Assembly: GCA_041690395.1 (NCBI GenBank) | Contig: JAWLHJ010000003.1 | Location: 32,001-96,000 of the forward strand | Direction: 5' to 3' | Length of the DNA stretch: 64,000 nucleotides | Source of the DNA: Longimicrobiales bacterium | Lineage (GTDB): Bacteria > Gemmatimonadota > Gemmatimonadetes > Longimicrobiales > Gaopeijiaceae | In this document: piece by piece, positions 43,768 to 52,526 of the stretch | Position numbering within the stretch: position 1 is the first letter of the stretch | Layout: each line of letters begins with the position of its first letter | Translations under genes and position numbers: made by a program | The notes under the pieces: model-generated | Told to the model about the DNA's origin: nothing | Seen by the model: the letters and a program-made list of their open reading frames with translations, nothing else | Database searches by the model: none

Positions 43768-43962
43768 TCAGCTCTCCGACGCCTGCGCCCTCTTCCTGCG
43801 ATCGCCCGAGGAGCGGCGGTCCCCGGTACGCCGATCGGAGAGGACTCTCCGGTCTCCCCGCGTGCCCATCGGCCCACGGCGTCGCTCTCCGCGGCGCCGA
43901 CGCTCGCCGTTCACTCTGCGGTCTCCGTCGCTGCGGCGTTCACCGGCTCTCTTCACGAACAT
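43768..43962 (-). CDS. Small protein built of (D/E)RR repeats
   Basis: MFVKRAGERRSDGDRRVNGERRRRGERR...GDRRVLSDRRTGDRRSSGDRRK; GGAG upstream. Confidence 0.6.
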   Translation of the reverse strand: MFVKRAGERRSDGDRRVNGERRRRGERRRGPMGTRGDRRVLSDRRTGDRRSSGDRRKRAQASES

Positions 43963-44026
43963 CGGATCGACGTCTCCGGGCTGGCTGGATCGATGGGGTC
44001 GGGCGGACTGACGCCCCAACATGCGA

Positions 44027-44069
44027 CGAGGCCCGACCGCCGTCAAAGGATGACGATGGTCGGGCCTCG
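44027..44069. terminator. Long stem-loop downstream of the 44098-45717 gene
   Basis: CGAGGCCCGACCGCCGTCA-AAGGA-TGACGATGGTCGGGCCTCG; no clear U tail. Confidence 0.5.
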
Positions 44070-44097
44070 CGCTCGAAGGATAGGCGGACGATGAGCC

Positions 44098-45717
44098 TCA
44101 GATGGACCCGCCGCCTCCGGGCCTACGACTCGGGCTCCGCGGGGCCGGGGCGCTTCCGCCCGACCCGCGAGACGGGCTCGGACGTGCGCTGGGCGACCGG
44201 CTCGACGAAGGCGCCGGACGTGCGCTGGGCGACCGGCCCGACGAAGGCGCCGGACGTGCGCTGGGCGATCCGCCTCCCGACGGCCGTCCGGACGGAGCCG
44301 GACGCGCCGACGGCGTGCGCGAAGACGGCGCCGGCCTCGAGCGTGCCGCAGGCGGTCGCGTGCTGGACCCGCCCGACGGTCTGGCCTGGGGCTCGGGCGC
44401 GCGGCGCGTGACGCTGGGTCGTGCGCTCCGGTCGGTCCGGACCGGCCCGGTCGACGGGGCCGCCCGCTGCGGACGGCTCGGCGTCGCCCGGGCGCTCGGA
44501 CGCGTCTGGGGCTCGGAGCGCGTCCGTGCCGACGGACGCGGCTCCGTCCGAACGCTCGGCTGCGGGCGAGCCGATCCCGGCTGCCCGGCCGAGGGCGCCG
44601 AGCGCGGAGTCACGCTCGGTCGCCGGTCGTTCCCCGCGCTGGGCGTGGCCCGCGCGGACGGCCGCTCCTGACGAGACGGCGCGACCCTGGCCGACGGGCG
44701 CTCCTGGCTGCTCGGCGTCGCCCGGGCGGACGAACGATCGGTCCGCCCCGGAGCCACGCGAGCCGACCCGGCGTCTCGCTCGGACGGCGTCACGATCCGC
44801 CCCGAGGGGCGGGCCGATCCGCCGGCCCGTGCCGTACCGACGCTGCTCGCGGGTCTCGCCCTGGCCGAGCTCGGCGCGCGGTCGGCGCTACCGACTCTCG
44901 AGGCACCGGCGCGGGTGGTCGGAGCGATCCGACCGGACGTCCGGCCGGCGACGCCCGCCGTACGATCCTGCGCGATGCGCGTGCTGCTGGGCTGGGCTCC
45001 CGAGGTCCCGACGCGACGCACGGCCGTCCTGGTCGACGACGCGTAACCGGGATTCTCCTTGTAGCGAGTGGAGCCCCAGGCGAGTGGGGACGGACGGTAC
45101 GCGGCCACGCCGCGACGGCCGCCGTAGGCGTAGACGCTGCGGACGGGGCGCGGCGAATACCAACGGTCCCAACGGCCGTCGAAGTAGCCGTCACGATACC
45201 CGTCCCAGTAGTTCGCCCACGGATCGTAGGCCCAGTACGGACCCCAGGGGGCCACGTAGGGGTCGCGCACGTAGGCGTAGCGGTACGGCCGGTAAACCGA
45301 GTAGCTCCCCCAGACGCCCCAGCGGTGCCGCCAGCTGCGCGCCCGGTAGGAGTCACGGCGATACGGACCGAAGGCCACGCAGTCCACGTACCAACCCCCG
45401 TACGGATCCCAGTAGCTGTCCCAATACGAGTCCCAGCAGCTGGAGCTGGCGACGTACGTGCGGACGACCGGCGAATAGTGGTAGCCGGAAGAGTAGATCC
45501 CGTACCCCGACGAATAGTGGGTACCGTAATAGGTACCCAGCGACGCGTCGACGAAAACGGATCCGCCATCGTAGTACGATCCGGTGCTGATCCCGACCCC
45601 GGTGAAGAGCGGACCGGTCTCGAACGCCACTGAGACGTGACTCTGGCCCGATGCACCGGCCGGCGTCAGGACGACGCTCATGGCCAGGAACGCGATGGAT
45701 CTTGTCAGGGTGCCCAC
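44098..45717 (-). CDS. Secreted low-complexity protein: Tyr/Trp-rich N-half, Pro/Ser/Arg-rich repeat tail
   Basis: AAGGAGG RBS, signal peptide (ASG|Q), YWD/YW repeats, SARP repeats including a 36-bp tandem unit at 44181-44270. Confidence 0.75.
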   Translation of the reverse strand: MGTLTRSIAFLAMSVVLTPAGASGQSHVSVAFETGPLFTGVGISTGSYYDGGSVFVDASLGTYYGTHYSSGYGIYSSGYHYSPVVRTYVASSSCWDSYWDSYWDPYGGWYVDCVAFGPYRRDSYRARSWRHRWGVWGSYSVYRPYRYAYVRDPYVAPWGPYWAYDPWANYWDGYRDGYFDGRWDRWYSPRPVRSVYAYGGRRGVAAYRPSPLAWGSTRYKENPGYASSTRTAVRRVGTSGAQPSSTRIAQDRTAGVAGRTSGRIAPTTRAGASRVGSADRAPSSARARPASSVGTARAGGSARPSGRIVTPSERDAGSARVAPGRTDRSSARATPSSQERPSARVAPSRQERPSARATPSAGNDRRPSVTPRSAPSAGQPGSARPQPSVRTEPRPSARTRSEPQTRPSARATPSRPQRAAPSTGPVRTDRSARPSVTRRAPEPQARPSGGSSTRPPAARSRPAPSSRTPSARPAPSGRPSGGGSPSARPAPSSGRSPSARPAPSSSRSPSARPSPSRGSGGSAPAPRSPSRRPGGGGSI

Positions 45718-45790
45718 TTTGTCCTCCTTCGATGAGTCCGCCCCCGATCAATGCAGGGGTCGTGCCAGGCGACCGTGCGTTCGTAAGCGC

Positions 45791-45818
45791 TTGTCACGCA
45801 AGAATTTGTGTGTATCGT
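45791..45818 (+). promoter_or_regulatory. Candidate rho promoter
   Basis: TTGTCA-16 nt-TATCGT with TG-rich extended -10, in an AT-rich patch. Confidence 0.45.
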
Positions 45819-46167
45819 TCCGACGCCTGGGGACGCGTCCTGTCCCACGGGGCGGACACGCGCCGTCCCAGAGAGGACACGCGTCTCCTGCGGGCGCGCG
45901 CGCCGCGCGCCGAGCTCCCTCCGAGCCGCTCCGGAGCGTCCGTCCGGCGGCGGTCGTCGACGCCACGAGAACGCCCGACCTTGCTCCGCGGAGCGTTTCG
46001 TCCAAGATTCCATCCGTCCAGCCGACGTAGCATGTTGGCGCCGACCCGGCCCCCTGGCCGGTCGGATGGGCCCGTACCGCGCCCTCTTGGCGCGCGGAGT
46101 ACCTTCCGACGGATGCCCGTGCGCGACCTTCCGCGCCGGTACCGCATCCGGCAACCCGGTTTCGACA

Positions 46168-47475
46168 GTGTCCGACTCGCCAGACAATCAGCAGGGCGGC
46201 GGCTCGCGCAAGCCCCGACGCGGCAACCGCCGCCGTCGCGGACGGCGCAACAAAGGCCCCCGCAACAACCAGGATCAGGACAACCGCAACGACAACGAGG
46301 GGCAGATCGACCTTCCGGATGATCCGGAAGAGTTGATGGCCATGTCCCGGCCACTCGGTCTCCTCGAGGTGCTCGGGAGCGGATCCGGATTCATCAGACG
46401 GCGGGAAGCTGGATACACGCCGAGCAACGACGACATCTACGTCGCGTCACGCATCATCCAGAAGTTCGGATTGCGGACGGGCGACGAGCTCATGGGCATC
46501 GTCGGAAACGCGCCGAGGCCCAACAAGAGCGCTCCGCTGGCCCACCTCTCGCTGGTCAACGACCATCCGCCGGAGCAAGCCAAGAAGCGCCCCGACTTCC
46601 AGCGTCTGGCCGCGGTCCATCCGGACGAGCAGCTCGTCCTGGAGTGCGGCCGGCAGCTTCTCGGCGAGCCGGACTACACGAACCGCGTGATCGACCTCTT
46701 CTGCCCGTTCGGAAAAGGGCAGCGCGCCATGATCGTCGCTCCGGCCAAGGCCGGTAAGACGATGGTCATGCAGTCGGTCGCCCAGGGGATCGTGACGAAC
46801 AATCCCGAGTGTCACCTGATGTTCCTCCTGGTCGACGAGCGGCCCGAGGAAGTCACCGAGATGGAGCAGTGCGGCTTCGGCGAGGTCATCGCGTCGACGT
46901 TCGACCGACCGGCCGAGCGGCACGTCCAGGTGGCGGAAATGACGCTCGAGCGGGCGCGCCGCAGGGTGGAGCAGGGCGAGGACGTCGTGATCATCCTCGA
47001 CTCCATCACCCGGATGGCCCGCGCCTACAACACGACCGAGAACGGGAGCGGCAAGACGCTGTCCGGCGGGCTCGACGCCAACTCGCTCGAGAAGCCGAAG
47101 CGATTCCTCGGGAGCGCCCGGAAGATCTCCGAGACGCAGACCGGAGGTTCGCTGACGATCATCGCGACCGCGCTGGTCGACACGGGATCACGCATGGACC
47201 AGGTGATCTTCGAGGAGTTCAAGGGGACCGGTAACAGCGAGCTGGTGCTGTCCCGCGAGCTGGCCGACAAGCGGATCTATCCCGCGATCGACCTCTCGGC
47301 CTCCGCCACGCGGAAGGAAGAGTTGCTCCTCGACGACGACGCCCTCCGCATCTCGCACGCCATGCGACGTCAGCTCGCGGGCATGAGCCAGACCGACGCG
47401 ATGCTCGAGCTACTCGGCGCCATGCGGAGGACCAAGAGCAACCGCGAGCTCATCGACTTCGCCCGCGGCCGCTGA
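46168..47475 (+). CDS. rho: Transcription termination factor Rho
   Basis: GFIR...DDIYV...FGLRTGD, PFGKGQR, APAKAGKT, DERPEEVT, LDSITRMARAYN, GSRMDQVIFEEFKGTGNSE. Confidence 0.96.
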   Translation: MSDSPDNQQGGGSRKPRRGNRRRRGRRNKGPRNNQDQDNRNDNEGQIDLPDDPEELMAMSRPLGLLEVLGSGSGFIRRREAGYTPSNDDIYVASRIIQKFGLRTGDELMGIVGNAPRPNKSAPLAHLSLVNDHPPEQAKKRPDFQRLAAVHPDEQLVLECGRQLLGEPDYTNRVIDLFCPFGKGQRAMIVAPAKAGKTMVMQSVAQGIVTNNPECHLMFLLVDERPEEVTEMEQCGFGEVIASTFDRPAERHVQVAEMTLERARRRVEQGEDVVIILDSITRMARAYNTTENGSGKTLSGGLDANSLEKPKRFLGSARKISETQTGGSLTIIATALVDTGSRMDQVIFEEFKGTGNSELVLSRELADKRIYPAIDLSASATRKEELLLDDDALRISHAMRRQLAGMSQTDAMLELLGAMRRTKSNRELIDFARGR

Positions 47476-47995
47476 CCGCTTCGTCCAGACGGCCGAGGCT
47501 CCGCTCGAGCTCGGCCGTCTGGGCGTCTTCCATGAAGAACCCCCAGTAACCCATGAGTGGGTTCCGGCCGAGGTTGCCCTCCTCGTGCCAGTCGACGCGA
47601 ACGCTGTCCTGGACCGCCGTCAGCGTGAGCGTGCCGGCGGTCCGCATCGCTCCGCCGCTGACCTCGACCTCGTAACGGACGCGCTCGGGCTGCACGGCCT
47701 CGACGATCCTGAACGACCCCTCGCCCAGCTCGGGATCGTTCCAGGTGATGGACGCGCCCGCCCCCCGCTCGGGACCCGAGCGGACGAGCCCCGAATCGGG
47801 CCATGCCGTCCACGCTCGCCAGCCTTCCGGTGAGTCGAGCAGGCCGTAGACCGCATCCGGCTCCGCGGGGACGACCCGGGACGCGCTCGCCTCCCAGTCG
47901 GTGGGCAGCACGACCCCCAGGGCGAGGACGCCCAGGAGAAGCATTGCCGCTCCGCCCAGGATCTTGGTACCCAGGCTGAAGGGGGACACCGTCAC
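47450..47995 (-). CDS. SRPBCC/START-fold (polyketide cyclase-like) protein with N-terminal TM
   Basis: TM + LP..WEASASRVV, W..WTAW, SGPERGAGA...W, C-terminal helix. Confidence 0.8.
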   Translation of the reverse strand: MTVSPFSLGTKILGGAAMLLLGVLALGVVLPTDWEASASRVVPAEPDAVYGLLDSPEGWRAWTAWPDSGLVRSGPERGAGASITWNDPELGEGSFRIVEAVQPERVRYEVEVSGGAMRTAGTLTLTAVQDSVRVDWHEEGNLGRNPLMGYWGFFMEDAQTAELERSLGRLDEAVSGRGRSR

Positions 47996-48741
47996 CGAGC
48001 TCCGCCCGGGGCGGCGGCGGTGTCGGCCCGCTCGCCATGGACGGCTTCGAGGGCGCTCGTGAGCGCGGGCATGATGTTGCGTGCCATGCGGCGGTGTCCT
48101 TCAGGAGTGGGGTGGATGCCGTCGGACTGGTTCAGCTCGGGAACGCCGGCGACGCCCTCGAGCAGGAAGGGAACGAAATGCGTGTCCCGTTCCTCGGCAA
48201 CCCGGGCGAAGACCTCCCTGAACGCGACCGTGTAGCGCTCCCCGAGGTTGGGGGGCGCCTCCATGCCGAGGAGCACGATACGCGCGTCCGGGTAATTCGC
48301 CCGGGTTCGGAGTACGATGTCGTCCAGATTGGCCCGGAGCTCGTCGACGTCGAGGCCACGGAGCCCGTCGTTGGCGCCGAGCTCGAGGACGAGCACGTCG
48401 AGCGGGCTCCGGAGCACCCAATCGATGCGCCGTACGCCGGCCGCGCTGGTTTCACCGGAGACGCCGGCGTTCACGAGTCGGAACGGGAGCCCTGCGGCGG
48501 CGGCGAGTTCCGCGGCGTGCGTGGCGTAGGTATCGTCCTCGCTCGGGAGGCCGAGCCCGGCGGTCAGGCTGGTGCCGAAGAACACGACGGTCGGAAGGTC
48601 ATCCTCCGGCACCTCCGTGTTCAGAACGGGGGTGGGATCGCCGGCGGACGCATCGCCGTCGCCGCCGACCGGAGGTGGAGCGTCGCCGGGGCCGCAGGCC
48701 GCGACGACGAGAACGAAGCATAGAGAACCGAGGATGCGCAT
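47992..48741 (-). CDS. tesA: Arylesterase / acyl-CoA thioesterase I (SGNH), lipoprotein
   Basis: VAAC lipobox; FGTSLTAG, NAGVSGET, ELGANDGLRG, DGIHP. Confidence 0.9.
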   Translation of the reverse strand: MRILGSLCFVLVVAACGPGDAPPPVGGDGDASAGDPTPVLNTEVPEDDLPTVVFFGTSLTAGLGLPSEDDTYATHAAELAAAAGLPFRLVNAGVSGETSAAGVRRIDWVLRSPLDVLVLELGANDGLRGLDVDELRANLDDIVLRTRANYPDARIVLLGMEAPPNLGERYTVAFREVFARVAEERDTHFVPFLLEGVAGVPELNQSDGIHPTPEGHRRMARNIMPALTSALEAVHGERADTAAAPGGAR

Positions 48742-49501
48742 GCTGATCGTGGCGGAAGGGCTGGGGAAGACGTACACGAGCGGCGGGCGCCCCCTCAGAG
48801 TGCTCGACTCGGTCGACCTCGAGATCGCCCGCGAGTCCGTGGTGGCGATCGTCGGGCCGTCCGGGAGCGGGAAGACGACGCTCCTCGGGCTGCTCGCCGG
48901 GCTAGACGCGCCCTCATCGGGACGCGTGGTGATCGACGGACAGGACCTCGCCGGTCTTACCGAAGATGGCCGGGCCGAGTTTCGTGCGCGACGGATCGGC
49001 TTCGTCTTCCAGACGTTCCATCTGCTCCCCACCATGACCGCGCTGGAGAACGTCATGGTACCGCTCGAGCTCCAGGGCTCGTTCCACGGCGCCAGGGAAC
49101 GGGCCGCCGAGCTGCTCGACCGTGTGGGCCTGTCGGACCGCACCGATCACTATCCGGCCCAGCTGTCCGGCGGGGAGCAGCAGCGGGTGGCGCTCGCGCG
49201 GGCGTTCTCGAACCGCCCGGCCATCCTGTTCGCCGACGAGCCGACCGGCAACCTCGACCAGGCCACAGGCGCCGGTATCGTCGAGATGCTCGAGACGCTG
49301 AACCGTGAGGAAAGCACCACGCTCGTGCTCGTGACGCACGACCTGTCCCTCGCCGAGCGGGCGGACCGGGTCGTGGCGCTGGCCGGCGGTCGCCTCTCGT
49401 CGGATCGGCCGGGCCGGGGCAGCGACGCGCGCGGCGCGGGGTCGCAGGCGCCCGCCGGTCGAGAGCCGGCGGCGCAGGCATCGCCCGAGGCCGGAGGGTG
49501 A
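48734..49501 (+). CDS. ybbA: ABC transporter ATP-binding protein (YbbA-like)
   Basis: GPSGSGKTT, LSGGEQQRVALARAF, ADEPTGNLD; divergent from tesA. Confidence 0.9.
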   Translation: MRMLIVAEGLGKTYTSGGRPLRVLDSVDLEIARESVVAIVGPSGSGKTTLLGLLAGLDAPSSGRVVIDGQDLAGLTEDGRAEFRARRIGFVFQTFHLLPTMTALENVMVPLELQGSFHGARERAAELLDRVGLSDRTDHYPAQLSGGEQQRVALARAFSNRPAILFADEPTGNLDQATGAGIVEMLETLNREESTTLVLVTHDLSLAERADRVVALAGGRLSSDRPGRGSDARGAGSQAPAGREPAAQASPEAGG

Positions 49502-52080
49502 TACCCGCCTGGGTGCGGGGCGCGTTCCGGCTGGCGCTCCGGGAGGGCCGTCACTCGGTGAGGCGCGTCGGGCCGTACATGGTCTCGATCACGCTCGGCG
49601 TGACCGCCTTGGTGGCGATCCAGTCGTTCCGGGCGGACGTGGCCCGCTCCATCGAGCGTGAGGCGGAGGTGCTCATGGGCGCGAACGTCCGTTTGAGTGC
49701 CGACACCCCCTGGTCCGACACCGTCCTGGCCCTGCGGGATTCTCTGGAGCGGGAGGGGGCGCGTGGCGCCAGGGTCACGAGCGTGGCGTCGATGGTTCTG
49801 GCGCCGTCGTCGGACGTGGTGCGTTTGGTTCAGGTTCGGGCGCTCGACGACGGGTACCCGTTCTACGGGACCGTTCGCACCACGCCGGAAGGCGTCTGGG
49901 GGGCTCACCTCGAGCCGGGGCGGGCCCTCGTGGACCCCGCGATCCTGCCGCAGCTCGAAGTCGGCATCGGGGACTCGATCGTGGTCGGTGCCGCGACGTT
50001 GGTGATCGCCGGGACGGTCGACGGCTTGCCCACGGATCTCGGCTTCCAGACCGCCGTCGGACCCCGCATCCACGTCTCGCACCAAGCGCTCGAACAGGCC
50101 CGACTCCTCGGATTCGGGAGCCTGGCCCGGTACGAGCTCTTCTTCGAGGTGCCGAGCTCGGCCGACCGCATCACGTTGGACGAGCGCTACGACGATGCCC
50201 TCTCCGAGGTGGGGGTGGGGTTCACCCTCGCCGAGCAACAGGCTCGGCGCCTGTCGCGCGGGGTCGACTTCCTGGGTCGATTCCTGGCCCTCGTGGGGCT
50301 CGGCGCGCTGCTGCTCGGGGGTGTGGGCGTCGCGAGCGCGATCCATGTGTACGTCCAGGAGAAGCGCTCCGCGGTCGCCGTGCTCCGGTGCCTGGGCGCG
50401 CCTCAGCGCACCACGTTCCTGATCTACCTGCTCCAGGCCGTCGGGCTCGGCGTGCTGGGGTCGGCGGCCGGAGTGGTCGCGGGGATGTCGCTGCAGCGAT
50501 TGCTTCCGGTCGTGCTGGCCGGGATTCTCCCGGTGCCCGTGACCCCCGAGCTCTCGCTCACATCGGCGGCAACGGGGCTCGGAATCGGCGTCTGGGTCGC
50601 GTTCGTCTTCGCGCTGCTACCGCTCCTCCGGATTCGCGACGTCACCCCGCTCCAGGCACTCCGCGCGGACGTGGAGCCGGCCACGACGCAGCCATGGCTG
50701 GGCGGCTTCGTCGTGCTGGTGCTCGCCGGCAGTGTGACCGCCCTCTGCGTGCTGGAAGCCCCGGAACCCGACATCGGCCTCGGTTTCGCCGGGGGCCTCG
50801 CGGTCGTGATCGGAGCCCTCTGGCTCGTCGCGCGCGGCCTGGTCGGGCTCACGCGGCGCCTGATTCCGCGCCGCGGTCCATACCCCGTGCGCCAGGGGAT
50901 CTCGAACCTCTTCCGGCCACGGAACCAGACCGTCGCGGTCACGCTGGCGCTCGGGCTCGGGACCTTCGTGATCGCCCTGTTGCTCGAGGTGGAGGGATCC
51001 GTGCGCCGCGACCTCACGCTGTCCTTCGGCGACGGGCAGCCGAACCTCCTCCTGTTCGACATCCAGCCGGACCAGGTAGAGGGCGTGCGGGCGCTCCTGC
51101 CGGAGGCGGCGAGAGCGGGTGCTCAGGTCTCTCCCCTGGTGTCGGCGCGTATCGCAGGCATCAACGGCGAGACCCCCGACGAGCTGAGGAACCGCGAGCG
51201 GGGGCCCGAGCGCCCGGAGGGATGGGCGCTGAGGCGCGAGTACCGCAACAGCTACAGGACGGACCTCGGCGGTGGAGAGGAGCTCGTCGCCGGGCGGTGG
51301 TGGGACGACACGCCCGGCACCGAGGACGACACCCGGGTGGATCCGGGCGCCCTGCCCGGGCTGTCCCTCGAGGAGGGCGTCGCGGAGAGCCTTGGCGTGG
51401 GGCTGGGTGACACGCTCACCTGGAACGTGTCCGGCGTGGAGATCCCTTCGGTGGTCACCAGCCTCCGGCGGGTCGATTGGGAGCGGCTGGAGCCGAACTT
51501 CTTCGCGATCCTGGAGCCCGGGAGCCTCGACGACGCACCGCAGACGGTGATCATGCTTGCCCGCGTGCCCGACGAATCCGCACGGTCGGCGGTGCAGCGG
51601 GATCTGGTGAGGGCCTTCCCGAACGTGTCCGCCCTGGACGTTTCCAGGGTCCAGGCGGCGATCGAGTCGGTCCTCGACCTGGTGCGGCAGGCTCTCGCCT
51701 TCCTCGGCGGCTTCGCCGCCCTGGCTGGTGTGGTCGTGCTCGTGGGCACCATGGCGACGTCGCGGCACCAGCGCGCGAACGAAGGCGCCCTCCTTCGCAC
51801 GCTGGGCGCGAGGAGGGGCCAGGTGCGGGCCGTCTTCCTCTCGGAGTACGTGGCGCTCGGCACCATCGCCACGCTGGCCGGCGTGCTACTCGCGGGCGCC
51901 GCGGCGGGGGTTCTGCTGCCGTCGGTGTTCGACGTGCGCTACGTGCCGTCCATCGGGTTGCTCGGGCTGGTCTGGCTCGGAGTGACCGGCCTCACGGTCC
52001 TGGTCGGGCTCGCGGGAACGAGGAAGCTGCTCGACCGTCCGCCGCTTCCGGTGCTCAGGGAGGCCGGCGGGGAGGCGTAG
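49498..52080 (+). CDS. ybbP: ABC transporter permease (YbbP/FtsX-like, duplicated)
   Basis: Two FtsX repeats, AVLRCLGA / LLRTLGA, PNLLLFDIQPDQ, RRVDW..LEPNFF. Confidence 0.88.
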   Translation: MIPAWVRGAFRLALREGRHSVRRVGPYMVSITLGVTALVAIQSFRADVARSIEREAEVLMGANVRLSADTPWSDTVLALRDSLEREGARGARVTSVASMVLAPSSDVVRLVQVRALDDGYPFYGTVRTTPEGVWGAHLEPGRALVDPAILPQLEVGIGDSIVVGAATLVIAGTVDGLPTDLGFQTAVGPRIHVSHQALEQARLLGFGSLARYELFFEVPSSADRITLDERYDDALSEVGVGFTLAEQQARRLSRGVDFLGRFLALVGLGALLLGGVGVASAIHVYVQEKRSAVAVLRCLGAPQRTTFLIYLLQAVGLGVLGSAAGVVAGMSLQRLLPVVLAGILPVPVTPELSLTSAATGLGIGVWVAFVFALLPLLRIRDVTPLQALRADVEPATTQPWLGGFVVLVLAGSVTALCVLEAPEPDIGLGFAGGLAVVIGALWLVARGLVGLTRRLIPRRGPYPVRQGISNLFRPRNQTVAVTLALGLGTFVIALLLEVEGSVRRDLTLSFGDGQPNLLLFDIQPDQVEGVRALLPEAARAGAQVSPLVSARIAGINGETPDELRNRERGPERPEGWALRREYRNSYRTDLGGGEELVAGRWWDDTPGTEDDTRVDPGALPGLSLEEGVAESLGVGLGDTLTWNVSGVEIPSVVTSLRRVDWERLEPNFFAILEPGSLDDAPQTVIMLARVPDESARSAVQRDLVRAFPNVSALDVSRVQAAIESVLDLVRQALAFLGGFAALAGVVVLVGTMATSRHQRANEGALLRTLGARRGQVRAVFLSEYVALGTIATLAGVLLAGAAAGVLLPSVFDVRYVPSIGLLGLVWLGVTGLTVLVGLAGTRKLLDRPPLPVLREAGGEA

Positions 52081-52129
52081 GGAAGGGGCGGTCCGAGGCC
52101 TTCGACGGCCCGCGAGCGCCCGCGCCGCC

Positions 52130-52516
52130 TCAGGAGGCGGCCGGCAACGCTCCCTCGGGGATTCGCAGCTCGCTCACGTGATGGCACTGCTCGCACTCGA
52201 GCGGGTGGGGACGCCGCAGCCGGCTCGGCTTGACCTCGAACGTACCGCCGCATTTCGGGCACACACCCTCGACGGCCGCCAGGGTGTGCGTCTCCGTCCA
52301 GCGACGGCGCGCGAAGTACGCGCCCGCGGCCAGCGCCCCGATCGCCCATGGGGCGTGCGGAGGCACCACCGCGACCACCGGCGCGACCACCAGCGAGAGG
52401 GCGAGGGCCCGGGCGGCTCCCACGAGGCGCCATTGGCGCGTCCGTGGGAGTACCTCGAGCGCGACGGGGCTGGGATCGAAGCCGAACAGCACCGCCCGGG
52501 CCTCCACGCTCGTCAC
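52130..52516 (-). CDS. Small membrane protein with C-terminal zinc ribbon
   Basis: Two TM helices with VPPH; CPKC...CEQC. Confidence 0.7.
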   Translation of the reverse strand: MTSVEARAVLFGFDPSPVALEVLPRTRQWRLVGAARALALSLVVAPVVAVVPPHAPWAIGALAAGAYFARRRWTETHTLAAVEGVCPKCGGTFEVKPSRLRRPHPLECEQCHHVSELRIPEGALPAAS

Positions 52517-52526
52517 CCGCCGCCCC

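Noticed and set aside
43963..44097. c-di-GMP riboswitch upstream of the DRR-repeat gene
   Set aside because: No class I GEMM features are recognisable on the coding strand; only a simple long hairpin.
44181..44270. 36-bp tandem repeats as a non-coding array
   Set aside because: The period is a multiple of 3 and lies inside the 44098-45717 CDS, encoding SPSARPAPSS repeats.
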